Positions 21,127 through 31,596 are shown, numbered from the stretch's first letter. The stretch is 64,000 nucleotides of DNA from a virus (IMGVR_UViG_2734482790_000004), one strand, 5' to 3'. The notes: generated by a model not told the origin, from the sequence alone. Program-made: numbers and translations.

Positions 21127-22329
21127 GCGAGTTGAGTTATCTGGAAAAATTGATGGATGGGGTTGAGGTTGAGTGGTTGCCACTCTCAAAAGTATTCAAC
21201 TTAAGGAATGGTTATACACCGTCTAAAACTAAAAAAGAATTTTGGGCGAATGGTGATATACCTTGGTTCAGAATGGATGACATACGTGAAAATGGTAGAA
21301 TTCTAGGGAATTCACTTCAAAAAAATTTCATCCTGCGCCGTAAAAGGGGGGAAACTATTTCCTGAAAATTCAATATTAATATCAACGTCGGCAACAATTG
21401 GTGAGCATGCTTTAATCACTGTACCTCATCTAGCCAATCAAAGGTTTACATGTTTGGCTTTAAAAGAGTCTTATGCTGATTGCTTTGATATTAAATTTTT
21501 ATTTTACTACTGTTTTTCTTTAGCTGAGTGGTGCCGAAAAAACACAACGATGTCCAGTTTTGCGTCTGTTGATATGGATGGATTCAAAAAATTTTTAATC
21601 CCTCGCCCCTGCCCGGATAATCCGGAAAAATCCCTTGCCATCCAGTCTGAAATCGTTCGGATTCTGGATAAGTTTACTGCACTTACCGCTGAGCTTACCG
21701 CTGAGCTTAATATGCGTAAAAAACAGTACAACTACTATCGCGACCAGTTGTTGAGTTTTAAAGAGGGTGAGGTTGAGTGGAAGACTTTGGGAACATTTGC
21801 AGATAATTTTGATTCTCTTAGAAAACCAATAACTAGTGGATTAAGGGAGACTGGAAATATTCCCTATTATGGTGCGTCAGGCATTGTTGATTACGTAAAA
21901 GATTATATTTTTGATGATGACCTGTTATTAATTTCTGAAGATGGTGCGAATCTTATTGCAAGAAATACCCCTATAGCTTTTAGCATTAGCGGTAAAACGT
22001 GGGTGAATAATCATGCTCATGTACTTAAATTCAAAAACTACACTGAACAAAAATTTGTTGAATATTACTTAAACAATATCAATCTTACGCCGTACATATC
22101 AGGAGCAGCCCAGCCAAAGCTAAATAAGAAAAACTTAGAAAGTATCCGTATTCCTAATCCATCACTAAAAGAAAAAGAGCGGATTGTTACTATTCTGGAT
22201 AAATTCGACACCCTGACTAACTCCATCACCGAAGGTCTCCCGCGTGAAATCGAGTTACGCCAGAAACAATACGAGTACTATCGTGATTTACTGTTCAGTT
22301 TCCCAAAACCTGAAACAGTCAGTAATTAA
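21123..22329 (+). pseudogene. hsdS: Type IC specificity subunit HsdS, interrupted by +1 frameshift in G6 tract (21346-21351)
   Basis: Track ORFs 21123..21365 and 21454..22329 join into one HsdS when one G is removed; conserved central TAEL repeats and C-terminal region. Confidence 0.8.
21685..21708 (+). repeat. 2 x 12-bp direct repeat encoding TAEL-TAEL in HsdS central conserved region
   Basis: ACCGCTGAGCTT x2. Confidence 0.8.
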
Positions 22330-22450
22330 TTGACCATTGCTACCGACCGGGCCACCTTAACATCCGGTCTGTATATAGACTATTTTTTACACGCTGGAAG
22401 TCGCCCTTAAAGCTCTTCCGGCCCTTGCCAGACGGCACAAAGGATGCGCT

Positions 22451-25400
22451 ATGACTCATCAGACATACACCATTGCTGAATCCAATAACTTTATCGTTCT
22501 TGATAAGTACATCAAAGCTGAGCCAACAGGCGACAGCTACCAGAGCGAATCGGACCTGGAACGTGAACTGATTCAGGACCTGCAAAATCAGGGCTATGAA
22601 TTTATACCCGTAAAATCACAGTCAGCGATGCTGGCCAACGTTCGGGAACAGCTTCAGAGCCTCAATGGTGTGATGTTTAATGACAGCGAGTGGCGGCGCT
22701 TCACGGAGCAGTATCTGGACAACCCCAGCGATGGTATTCTGGATAAAATCCGTAAAATCCATATCGACTATATTTGCGACTTTATTTTTGATGACGAGCG
22801 TCTTGAGAACATCTATCTGATAGATAAAAAGAATCTCATGCGCAATAAGGTGCAGATTATCCAGCAGTTTGAACAGGCAGGTTCTCACGCTAACCGTTAT
22901 GACGTAACTATCCTGGTTAATGGCTTGCCACTGGTGCAAATCGAACTGAAAAAGCGCGGCGTGGCGATTCGTGAGGCTTTCAACCAGATACATCGTTACA
23001 GTAAAGAGAGTTTTAACAGCGAAAACTCCCTGTTTAAGTATCTGCAACTGTTTGTCATTTCTAACGGCACCGATACCCGTTATTTTGCCAACACAACAAA
23101 GCGCGATAAAAACAGTTTTGACTTCACCATGAACTGGGCGAAATCAGACAATACACTGATTAAAGACCTCAAAGACTTTACCGCTACCTTTTTCCAGAAA
23201 CATACTCTGCTTAATGTTCTGGTGAACTACAGCGTTTTTGACAGTAGTCAGACGCTACTGGTGATGCGACCGTACCAGATTGCCGCCACCGAACGAATCT
23301 TATGGAAAATCAACAGCTCCTATAAAGCGAAAAACTGGTCTACCCCCGAAAGCGGTGGCTTTATCTGGCACACCACCGGTTCTGGTAAAACCCTCACCAG
23401 CTTTAAAGCCGCGCGGCTGGCAACAGAACTGGACTTTATTGATAAAGTCTTCTTCGTGGTCGACAGGAAAGACCTCGATTACCAGACTATGAAGGAATAT
23501 CAGCGTTTTTCGCCAGATAGTGTTAACGGCTCGGAAAATACCGCAGGTCTAAAACGAAATCTGGATAAGGACGATAACAAAATTATCGTCACCACTATTC
23601 AGAAACTTAATAACCTGATGAAAGCAGAAAGCGACCTGCCTGTATACAATCAGCAAGTGGTGTTTATATTTGATGAATGCCACCGCAGCCAGTTTGGAGA
23701 AGCGCAGAAAAACCTGAAGAAGAAATTCAAACGCTATTATCAGTTTGGTTTTACCGGCACTCCTATTTTCCCGGAAAACGCTTTAGGTTCAGAAACGACC
23801 GCCAGCGTATTTGGTCGTGAATTGCATTCGTATGTAATTACCGATGCGATTCGAGATGAAAAAGTGCTTAAATTCAAGGTGGACTACAACGATGTGCGGC
23901 CACAGTTTAAGTCTTTAGAGACAGAAACTGACGAGAAAAAACTAAGTGCGGCTGAAAATCAGCAGGCGTTTCTTCATCCCATGCGTATTCAGGAAATCAC
24001 GCAATATATTCTGAATAATTTCCGCCAGAAAACTCACCGTACCTTCCCTGGCTCAAAAGGTTTTAATGCTATGTTGGCAGTGAGCAGCGTGGATGCCGCG
24101 AAAGCCTATTATGCGACGTTTAAACGGTTACAAGAAGAAGCCGCTAATAAATCGGCTACCTATAAACCGCTGCGTATTGCGACAATCTTCTCCTTTGCCG
24201 CCAATGAAGAACAAAATGCCATTGGTGAAATTTCCGATGAAACTTTTGATACCAGCGCAATGGACAGCAGTGCTAAAGAGTTTCTGGACGCTGCAATTCG
24301 TGAATATAACAGCCATTTTAAAACTAACTTTAGCACCGACAGTAACGGTTTTCAGAACTACTATCGTGATTTAGCCCAGCGGGTTAAAAATCAGGATATC
24401 GATCTGCTAATTGTCGTGGGGATGTTTTTAACCGGCTTCGATGCTCCAACATTGAACACGCTATTCGTCGATAAAAACTTGCGTTTTCACGGCCTGATGC
24501 AGGCATTTTCCCGCACCAACCGTATTTATGATGCAACTAAAACCTTCGGTAATATCGTCACTTTCCGGGATCTGGAACGCTCAACTATTGATGCCATAAC
24601 GCTGTTTGGTGACAAAAACACCAAAAATGTGGTGTTAGAAAAGAGTTATACAGAGTATATGGAAGGCTTTACTGATGCTACTACTGGTGAAGCTAAACGC
24701 GGCTTCATGACAGTAGTTTCAGAACTGGAACAACGGTTCCCTGACCCTACCAGTATTGAAAGTGAAAAAGAGAAGAAAGACTTCGTTAAACTGTTTGGCG
24801 AATACCTGCGTGCCGAGAACATCCTGCAAAACTATGATGAATTTGCCACGCTAAAAGCCCTGCAACAAATCGATCTTAGCGATCCTGTTGCGGTAGAAAA
24901 ATTCAAAGCAGAACATTATGTGGATGATGAAAAGTTCGCTGAATTGCAAACAATTCGTCTCCCTGCTGATCGCAAGATTCAGGATTATCGTTCTGCCTAT
25001 AACGATATTCGCGACTGGCAGCGCCGTGAGAAAGAAGCTGAGAAAAAAGAGAAATCAACCACTGACTGGGATGACGTAGTTTTTGAGGTCGATTTGCTGA
25101 AGTCTCAGGAAATAAACCTGGATTATATCCTTGGACTGATTTTCGAACACAACAGACAAAATAAAGGCAAGGGCGAAATGATCGAAGAGGTCAAACGCTT
25201 AATTCGTTCAAGCCTAGGGAACCGTGCTAAAGAGGGCCTGGTGGTCGATTTTATTCAGCAAACGAACCTGGATGATTTACCAGACAAAGCCAGTATCATT
25301 GAGGCATTCTTTACGTTTGCTCAACGCGAACAGCAACGTGAAGCAGAAGCATTGATAAAAGAAGAAAATCTCAATGAAGAGGCAGCAAAACGCTATATTC

Positions 25401-25567
25401 GCACGTCTTTAAAACGCGAATACGCCACCGAAAATGGCACAGAATTAAACGAAACATTACCAAAACTTAGTCCGTTGAATCCGCAATATAAAACGAAAAA
25501 ACAGGCAGTTTTCCAGAAAATCGTCTCGTTTATTGAGAAGTTTAAAGGCGTAGGCGGAAAAATATAG
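22451..25567 (+). CDS. hsdR: Type I restriction endonuclease subunit HsdR (EcoR124-like), 1038 aa
   Basis: 1038 aa; helicase motifs GSGKT, DECHRS; follows hsdM-hsdS. Confidence 0.9.
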   Translation: MTHQTYTIAESNNFIVLDKYIKAEPTGDSYQSESDLERELIQDLQNQGYEFIPVKSQSAMLANVREQLQSLNGVMFNDSEWRRFTEQYLDNPSDGILDKIRKIHIDYICDFIFDDERLENIYLIDKKNLMRNKVQIIQQFEQAGSHANRYDVTILVNGLPLVQIELKKRGVAIREAFNQIHRYSKESFNSENSLFKYLQLFVISNGTDTRYFANTTKRDKNSFDFTMNWAKSDNTLIKDLKDFTATFFQKHTLLNVLVNYSVFDSSQTLLVMRPYQIAATERILWKINSSYKAKNWSTPESGGFIWHTTGSGKTLTSFKAARLATELDFIDKVFFVVDRKDLDYQTMKEYQRFSPDSVNGSENTAGLKRNLDKDDNKIIVTTIQKLNNLMKAESDLPVYNQQVVFIFDECHRSQFGEAQKNLKKKFKRYYQFGFTGTPIFPENALGSETTASVFGRELHSYVITDAIRDEKVLKFKVDYNDVRPQFKSLETETDEKKLSAAENQQAFLHPMRIQEITQYILNNFRQKTHRTFPGSKGFNAMLAVSSVDAAKAYYATFKRLQEEAANKSATYKPLRIATIFSFAANEEQNAIGEISDETFDTSAMDSSAKEFLDAAIREYNSHFKTNFSTDSNGFQNYYRDLAQRVKNQDIDLLIVVGMFLTGFDAPTLNTLFVDKNLRFHGLMQAFSRTNRIYDATKTFGNIVTFRDLERSTIDAITLFGDKNTKNVVLEKSYTEYMEGFTDATTGEAKRGFMTVVSELEQRFPDPTSIESEKEKKDFVKLFGEYLRAENILQNYDEFATLKALQQIDLSDPVAVEKFKAEHYVDDEKFAELQTIRLPADRKIQDYRSAYNDIRDWQRREKEAEKKEKSTTDWDDVVFEVDLLKSQEINLDYILGLIFEHNRQNKGKGEMIEEVKRLIRSSLGNRAKEGLVVDFIQQTNLDDLPDKASIIEAFFTFAQREQQREAEALIKEENLNEEAAKRYIRTSLKREYATENGTELNETLPKLSPLNPQYKTKKQAVFQKIVSFIEKFKGVGGKI

Positions 25568-25645
25568 CCCAATTCGTGTTTTTCTTGCGGGTTCTTAATT
25601 AAACCCGCATGATACCATGGGGTTCCAAATGGCTAATATACTCCC

Positions 25646-25732
25646 TTACCCATGCGCGACGATGCCGCCAAAAGTGATAGAGAACAGCCAGAAATAGATC
25701 GCGGCCATAATGATTTTGAATGCCGTGTTCAT
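25646..25732 (-). CDS. 28-aa hydrophobic peptide MNTAFKIIMAAIYFWLFSITFGGIVAHG (candidate membrane toxin/kil peptide)
   Basis: AGGAG SD 7 nt before ATG; downstream of operator-like site and hairpin; below ORF-track size cut-off. Confidence 0.3.
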   Translation of the reverse strand: MNTAFKIIMAAIYFWLFSITFGGIVAHG

Positions 25733-25760
25733 ATTTTCAGCTCCTGTGATTGATTGGATA

Positions 25761-25790
25761 CATGCCGCGCCTTGCGGCATGTTTTTATTT
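25761..25790 (+). terminator. Rho-independent terminator-like hairpin (8-bp stem CATGCCGC/GCGGCATG) plus T-run
   Basis: Stem-loop followed by TTTTTATTTT on plus strand, about 200 bp after hsdR. Confidence 0.45.
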
Positions 25791-25814
25791 TCACTTTCTC
25801 TGTTTTAAAAATCA

Positions 25815-25831
25815 AGATTTATTAGAGCAAT
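25815..25831 (-). promoter_or_regulatory. C1-operator-like 17-mer, 16/17
   Basis: AGATTTATTAGAGCAAT abutting the stop of the HAD-like gene. Confidence 0.6.
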
Positions 25832-26337
25832 TATTGTTGATGAAGAAGCGCATTTTCATATTCCCTGACCATTAACGTAAGTACGCCGTGACTCCTGAAA
25901 ACACGCGCCACTTCAATCTTATCTTCCAGCGCGAACGCAATTTTACTTAGACCAATTTTCTTCAGGAGATCAATCTTTGCAGGGCCGTCATTTCTGTCAT
26001 CGGTGGCAGGACGCATAGATAGCAAAGGCTCAGCCCCATTTGTTACGTGCTTACGCAACCAAGCTCGTGTTTTATCCCTGGCTATCTCACAGCGCCCGGT
26101 TACAAACCAGAGAGTGTAAATGCTGGACAACTGGCGCACCATATCAATAACTGGAGTGATGGGAGCATCAGTGTCACAGGCAAGGTTAAACTCGTTCCAG
26201 TGCTCTGTTAATGCACCTTTGCCAGGTGGTGGAAGTAAATGCAGCCTGTCTTCCGTTGCCTCTGATATTGTTCCATCAATATCAACTATGACGATATACG
26301 GACGTTCCTGGTGTGCGTGTTTATTGAAAATACTCAA
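25831..26337 (-). CDS. HAD-superfamily phosphatase-like protein, 168 aa
   Basis: DxDGT motif (IVDIDGTIS) near N-terminus. Confidence 0.45.
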   Translation of the reverse strand: MSIFNKHAHQERPYIVIVDIDGTISEATEDRLHLLPPPGKGALTEHWNEFNLACDTDAPITPVIDMVRQLSSIYTLWFVTGRCEIARDKTRAWLRKHVTNGAEPLLSMRPATDDRNDGPAKIDLLKKIGLSKIAFALEDKIEVARVFRSHGVLTLMVREYENALLHQQ

Positions 26338-26409
26338 ATGCCCTCCTCATTGGACGAAAAAAATGCTGGTGGGCGCACTCCACCAGCATTAAAAGTGACA
26401 CTGTAACTG

Positions 26410-27672
26410 TCAGCGAACGTAAATAGTGCCGCCGTTCTCTTTTTCCCATGCATCGCTACGTGCATAGCAAACATCGAGAAGTCTTCTTGCCGCTGTTTCC
26501 TCTAAACCCAATTCGACAACCAACTGCTCATGACGGCGGGTAACCACATCAAACAACGTATGCAGCCCTTTAGTTGCCAGTTCATCAATGAATTCCGGTT
26601 CGAACGGTAGCTCTGCATCTGCCAACATAACCTCTTGCGCCCACTCGACACGGCGGACCAGTTCCGGGCGGCGGCTTTCCATCTCTTTACAGATCAATTC
26701 ATGGAAGAACTCTACCCAACCTTCCGGCTGGAACTCGCGGAAAATGGCCAACGGCTGGAAGTTTGGCATCAACCATTCGTTGATACGGATATCAATGGCA
26801 TAGCCCATGTCGCAGCAGAACTGATAAGCAAAGTCCAGCTTAGAAACGATATAAGGACGCTCGTTATTGAACTCTTTAGGCGATGAGATCCCATAAGCCA
26901 GGAGGCGCGGGAAGAATGAGATTTGCCCTAACGTCGGATGAAGTTTGCTTGCAGGGAAACGGCGCTCAGTAATGCCATACATTTCCTTCTTGAGCGTCGC
27001 AAATTTGGCATTCTCATTAACCAGCGCGGTAACCTCTGCTTTTTTATTAGCAAATGCCACGCGCGCTTCGCTTGCATCTTTAATAGTTTTTTTGAGCTGT
27101 TGGTTAAGGTCGGCGACCTGTTTACGCAGTTCCTGCCGCTCGCTTTTAGCTTTGTTATAGCGTTTCTCAAGGTTAAAAGGATCAAGTTTCATGATCTCTT
27201 TATATTGAGATTTTAGCGTTGAAATCTGTGAGTTCCGCAGTTCAACCATCGCGGTCATTTCATTGAGTTTTGTTTCCAGCTCAATGCTTATACGTTCGGC
27301 ATTATCAGCACGCTGGTTGGCGTCATGCGTCGCATCGTCGATCGCATCCTGTTGCTGGCGTTTCAAATGTTCAATTTGCAGCTGAAGCTCTTCAATTTCT
27401 TTACCCTTCAGACCGAGATCCAACTGCATATTTTCAGCTGCATCTACCAGGGAGTTATGGCTATCAGCTTCTGCGTTATAAACATCAATAAGCTGTGCGT
27501 GAAGCATCTCCGCTGACTGAACCGCATTATCAAAAAAACGTGCTGTGAGGTCATCACAACTAACGCGGCGTTGCGCGGCCCGGATGTTCTGGATAATGGC
27601 CGGGATACCGGCATTCAGGACATCAGGGATAGATACATTTTCGATTGATTGGTTTTGTGCTGAAGTGCTCAT
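26410..27672 (-). CDS. 420-aa protein with long N-terminal coiled coil and unassigned C-terminal domain
   Basis: Heptad-rich, charged N-half; no recognised motif. Confidence 0.4.
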   Translation of the reverse strand: MSTSAQNQSIENVSIPDVLNAGIPAIIQNIRAAQRRVSCDDLTARFFDNAVQSAEMLHAQLIDVYNAEADSHNSLVDAAENMQLDLGLKGKEIEELQLQIEHLKRQQQDAIDDATHDANQRADNAERISIELETKLNEMTAMVELRNSQISTLKSQYKEIMKLDPFNLEKRYNKAKSERQELRKQVADLNQQLKKTIKDASEARVAFANKKAEVTALVNENAKFATLKKEMYGITERRFPASKLHPTLGQISFFPRLLAYGISSPKEFNNERPYIVSKLDFAYQFCCDMGYAIDIRINEWLMPNFQPLAIFREFQPEGWVEFFHELICKEMESRRPELVRRVEWAQEVMLADAELPFEPEFIDELATKGLHTLFDVVTRRHEQLVVELGLEETAARRLLDVCYARSDAWEKENGGTIYVR

Positions 27673-27906
27673 TTCAAAGTTCCGTATTAGCTTGTGCTTC
27701 GGTCATTTTTCCTAAGTATGAAGGAGGAAGGACTACGCAATTTGTATCCAGTCCCTCACCTATGGCAGCCTGTAAAATTCTGGCTAAGGTGAGTCTCTTG
27801 TTGCGATACCTGGTGATGACATGCCTGATACCGCCGGTCGGCGTAACAAAGGCGATCAGCCAGTAGTGATATTTCCGTCGGAATGGCCACATAGTGCACC
27901 CTGTAG

Positions 27907-27923
27907 ATTGCTCTAATAAAAAA
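27907..27923 (+). promoter_or_regulatory. C1-operator-like 17-mer, 15/17
   Basis: ATTGCTCTAATAAAAAA. Confidence 0.5.
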
Positions 27924-27944
27924 CGTGATGAGTGTACATCACGT
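27923..27944 (-). terminator. Hairpin ACGTGATG-loop-CATCACGT followed by T5 on minus strand
   Basis: Perfect 8-bp inverted repeat between two operator-like sites. Confidence 0.5.
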
Positions 27945-27955
27945 TTCAAAAATAT

Positions 27956-27972
27956 GGAATTATTAGAGCAAT
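27956..27972 (-). promoter_or_regulatory. C1-operator-like 17-mer, 14/17
   Basis: GGAATTATTAGAGCAAT. Confidence 0.45.
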
Positions 27973-27973
27973 A

Positions 27974-28675
27974 TTATTCTGATTCTCGCTCAAAAAACGA
28001 GCTGATAAGGGGAAGCCAATCCTCTGACACTTCGCGAGGTCGCGGTTTGCCGTGGAAAAAGATTATTCGGCAGTCTTTTGGTAATGCCCCATTCCCCCTG
28101 GAGTAACGCGCGCTCGCATATTTCGAACCAGGTTCCACAACATCGGCCTTGTAACTTACAAACCATCCTGGATACAGATCCTGAAATGCTGGTGTATCAT
28201 CGCCCATAACCTTTCGTAAGAACCCCTGGTCACCCCAGCACTCAGTAGTGACACAACGAGAAATCCAACCTTCCGGATCTTGCCAGAATGAACTCCAGAT
28301 ATGCGCTTTAACACTATTTGGTATCCACAGGGCACCGCTGCCACGATATTGTGGATGGTAAAAATCCCTAAGCATGGTGAAGCTGGTTGGTGGATGCTCT
28401 AGGATTGGGCGTATATCACCGGCAATAACCGTGTCCAAATCCAGATAGAACAGATCATCGGTTATATCCGGTCGGAACAACTCGATTTTCGCCCACCAGC
28501 CACGGCACTTTTGCCACTGGTTGATCAATGGGACAACTTTGACGCCAGGTACATGTAAACGCTTCAGGTCTGTCAGGCAAATAATTTCATAGCCTTTTGG
28601 CAGTTGATTAACCAGCCACTGCACATCGGAAGCGTTATAGTCACCACCAGAGCGAAAAACTAAAGCAATCTTCAT
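27974..28675 (-). CDS. 233-aa hypothetical protein
   Basis: ORF in operon with phosphatase gene (4-nt overlap). Confidence 0.4.
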   Translation of the reverse strand: MKIALVFRSGGDYNASDVQWLVNQLPKGYEIICLTDLKRLHVPGVKVVPLINQWQKCRGWWAKIELFRPDITDDLFYLDLDTVIAGDIRPILEHPPTSFTMLRDFYHPQYRGSGALWIPNSVKAHIWSSFWQDPEGWISRCVTTECWGDQGFLRKVMGDDTPAFQDLYPGWFVSYKADVVEPGSKYASARYSRGNGALPKDCRIIFFHGKPRPREVSEDWLPLISSFFERESE

Positions 28676-29364
28676 GCTGCACCATCACCTTTCACTTTCA
28701 TCAATGTCAGGTTTCCGCAAAATACGGCACCAGTGTCGATATACTGCTGATTCCAGAATGTCTTCGGGCTTTTCACCGGAGTGTGACCAAAGATAAAACG
28801 ATCTGCGCCCGAAATTTCGCCACCAATATCATCCATCGAATCACTGATACGCTCGCGCGCCCAGACAACGTTGAAAAGCGGCACCTCCTTACCGAATTGA
28901 TATTCATTATCCGGATAGTCGGCATGGGCTATAACGATAGTTTCTTGCCCGGTGTTCAACTCAATGATATAGGGCAGTCGTCTTACCAACTCCACCAGCG
29001 CCCTGGCTAATATTTCCTGATCAGCGTCCAGCATGAAGAACCATTGACCGCCATTCATTAGCCAGTTATTCACGTTGCCATCAGGACTTAACGCATCAAT
29101 CATCAGCCGCTCATGGTTGCCCATAACCGCTCTGAACCATGGCATCTGTAATAGCTCCAGGCATTTAACATTTTCGGTGCCGCGATCGATAAGGTCGCCG
29201 ACCGATATCAGTAAATCCTGCGCAGGGTCAAAATCCACACGATGGAGTTCGGACATCAGTCTGGTGTAGCAACCATGCAGATCACCAACAACCCAGATAT
29301 TCCTGTATTTGGTACCGTCGATACGGTGATAAATTGTTGGTGCCGTCATGTATTCTTCAGCCAT
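28672..29364 (-). CDS. Ser/Thr protein phosphatase (lambda PPase / calcineurin-like metallophosphoesterase), 230 aa
   Basis: GDLHG, GDLIDRG, GNHE motifs. Confidence 0.8.
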   Translation of the reverse strand: MAEEYMTAPTIYHRIDGTKYRNIWVVGDLHGCYTRLMSELHRVDFDPAQDLLISVGDLIDRGTENVKCLELLQMPWFRAVMGNHERLMIDALSPDGNVNNWLMNGGQWFFMLDADQEILARALVELVRRLPYIIELNTGQETIVIAHADYPDNEYQFGKEVPLFNVVWARERISDSMDDIGGEISGADRFIFGHTPVKSPKTFWNQQYIDTGAVFCGNLTLMKVKGDGAA

Positions 29365-29972
29365 TCTTTAAGAGTCATCTGCGGAATACCTCCCATTTTC
29401 CCGCATGAAACAACGTCAATCTGTTCACGCGCAGACTGGAATAACAAAGGCAGGTGACTTAGATTTTTTGGCGTGCAGCCGGAATGAACGCGTGGTTCTT
29501 GCGTAGCGTCAACGCCCACCAGGGCTACATGTTTGAATCCGATATGGAAAGCCAGGTTCAGAGCACCATATGCACTATTGCCGCTGGCAATTTCATTCTC
29601 ATCTTCGCAAAGGCCGAAATGTGCGGACCAGCGCCACGCCCACCACTCGGGAGAATTCGTATTTTTTGGCTCCGTGCCGCGCTCAGCCACACGACGGAAG
29701 CACAGAACGCCGTCTCTGACCTCACGTTCTTTAACATCGGGTAGCGCCATGCAATAACAAACACCACGGCGACGGCGGCCACGACCAACGCGCCGCATAT
29801 TGTCTGGCGATGGATCAAGGGTGAAAAAATAAGAAGCGCGGTTAAGCCAGTCGATGGCCCCATTGACCGCTATAATCGGCACTCCGCGCGGCGCAACAAA
29901 GTTTGCGGCGCTTGGGCCACTGCCGACGATAATAACGCGATCACTGCCTCTAAATTTATTCTTGGGAAACAT
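29346..29972 (-). CDS. 208-aa Rossmann-like protein (VGSGPS ... AVN)
   Basis: Gly-rich loop; paralogous motif pattern to next ORF. Confidence 0.35.
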   Translation of the reverse strand: MFPKNKFRGSDRVIIVGSGPSAANFVAPRGVPIIAVNGAIDWLNRASYFFTLDPSPDNMRRVGRGRRRRGVCYCMALPDVKEREVRDGVLCFRRVAERGTEPKNTNSPEWWAWRWSAHFGLCEDENEIASGNSAYGALNLAFHIGFKHVALVGVDATQEPRVHSGCTPKNLSHLPLLFQSAREQIDVVSCGKMGGIPQMTLKEWLKNT

Positions 29973-30532
29973 TGAATTGCACTGCTCCTACTTGCATTCA
30001 AAATATGTAAATCTGCGTGTTTTTTGCGGGTATCCAGGAACTGCTGTTGCCATTTTGAAATAGACACCTGCGTTGGATTCCGTAGGGCTTGAGGGTGCGC
30101 GCCATGCCAATGAAGGCCGTTTTGCAGAGAACAGTCATAGCCGACTAATACCACTACTTCAGCCCCTGATTCAGCAGCCAGACTGATAGCCTGCGCGCCG
30201 CTATTTACCCCTTCCGCCGGTCCACAATATCGCCTGTACTCCAACGAAAATGATTTCGCCGCCGCCAGGTTGGCTGTCACTTTGCGGAATCTCCCTCCCG
30301 GTATGGTGGATCCGTATTGCTTCCACCATGACAAATCACCGGCGTATAAGGCATAAATGTCATCGAACATCTGCCAGGAATTGTTAACCGCGATGATTGA
30401 ACAGCCAGTTTTTTCTATAGCAGCACAGTCCTCACGAGTGAGTGACGGACCGCTACCGACACAAAAAACAGTCCTAGTTGCCCTGGGTGGTATGTTCATT
30501 CTCAGCTGCAAATTCAGCCTCCAGGCGAGCAT
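29870..30532 (-). CDS. 220-aa Rossmann-like protein (VGSGPS ... AVN), overlaps previous ORF by about 100 nt
   Basis: Same motif pattern; true start may be internal Met near 30499. Confidence 0.35.
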   Translation of the reverse strand: MLAWRLNLQLRMNIPPRATRTVFCVGSGPSLTREDCAAIEKTGCSIIAVNNSWQMFDDIYALYAGDLSWWKQYGSTIPGGRFRKVTANLAAAKSFSLEYRRYCGPAEGVNSGAQAISLAAESGAEVVVLVGYDCSLQNGLHWHGAHPQALRNPTQVSISKWQQQFLDTRKKHADLHILNASRSSAIQCFPRINLEAVIALLSSAVAQAPQTLLRRAECRL

Positions 30533-30695
30533 TCATTTCAGCGATTACCGGGTCCACTACAGCATCTGCTTCCTGTTCATTACGCGGCATGATCGATGCC
30601 AGCGATTCATAATTAGCCTTGGATGACACGATTATTCTCCCGATGTTAATGTGCGCTATATCAAAGAGCACACATGCACTAATTAATTTATTATT

Positions 30696-31274
30696 TCACG
30701 TAGCGTACAACCACTTGTCACCGTTCAATACATGCTCAATAGCCTCACCCTTTTTAAGGCTCATGTATTCCAGGATGGCGGTTATCGCTTGTTCTGCACC
30801 ATACGCAAGAACGACGTAGTAACCTTCCTCTCTAAGCCTGCGCATCCAGGCGATCTGCTCTTTCGTCGGGGCTTTACCATTTGGTTCTTTAAGCTCAATT
30901 CGCATGCCGTGATAAATACCGCATGCTTTATCGAGACTCATGTCCGGATAACCTTTTTTCTGCCCTTCAGCCTTCATTTTCCCGGCGGTTGCTTTTGAAC
31001 GTTTCCCTCCGTTAGGCGTTGCATGCAACAGCTCATAGATGTCAGGGTGCTTGTGTTCGAAGTAATCAAAAATGAAAACCTGCTCGAAGTGCTCGCAATT
31101 TCCGTCGCGCAGGTCTGGGTTCTTTGCCAGTGCTGCAAGTGCCTTCGCATGTGGAGAAACTTCTTTTACCGGCGCAAGCGATAAGAATGGATCCTTTTTG
31201 GTTTTTGGCCTGGACCGCCCCTTATTTCGACGCTCACTAAAAGCCTGAAACTCTTCCTCAGTAAAGCGCAACAC
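30696..31274 (-). CDS. VRR-NUC-like nuclease domain protein, 192 aa
   Basis: C-terminal region resembles VRR-NUC (PD-(D/E)xK) signature; family call by eye. Confidence 0.4.
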   Translation of the reverse strand: MLRFTEEEFQAFSERRNKGRSRPKTKKDPFLSLAPVKEVSPHAKALAALAKNPDLRDGNCEHFEQVFIFDYFEHKHPDIYELLHATPNGGKRSKATAGKMKAEGQKKGYPDMSLDKACGIYHGMRIELKEPNGKAPTKEQIAWMRRLREEGYYVVLAYGAEQAITAILEYMSLKKGEAIEHVLNGDKWLYAT

Positions 31275-31276
31275 AA

Positions 31277-31522
31277 TCAGTCAAATCCTGCCGGTCGCAT
31301 GCCATATTTACGCTGTTTTTCGGCCTGCTCTTCCCTGTGCCATTGCGCACATTCAGCGTCACAATAAATGCCTGATTCAATCGATTCATTGCAGTAACGA
31401 CACTTCCCTGTAAATACCTGGCTCACGACCTGTGCCTGCTTTCTGATGTTATCGATGGCCATGTCTTTGAGAGCTTCTAACTGATTCATGCTCAGCTCTG
31501 CATCATCAACACGCTCTGCCAA
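31277..31522 (-). CDS. DksA/TraR-type C4 zinc-finger protein, 81 aa
   Basis: CRYCNESIESG...YCDAEC pattern. Confidence 0.5.
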   Translation of the reverse strand: MAERVDDAELSMNQLEALKDMAIDNIRKQAQVVSQVFTGKCRYCNESIESGIYCDAECAQWHREEQAEKQRKYGMRPAGFD

Positions 31523-31579
31523 TTTTGTTTCCTCATGAAGAACCTACTTAAGGGCAGAATGATACATTTCACAACCAAA

Positions 31580-31596
31580 ATTGCACTAATAATTTT
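31580..31596 (+). promoter_or_regulatory. C1-operator-like 17-mer, 15/17
   Basis: ATTGCACTAATAATTTT upstream of ORF 31669. Confidence 0.45.

Noticed and set aside
27674-27949. 91-aa ORF starting inside the terminator hairpin
   Set aside because: Annotated start overlaps the hairpin and operator; at best a shorter internal ORF, not supportable.
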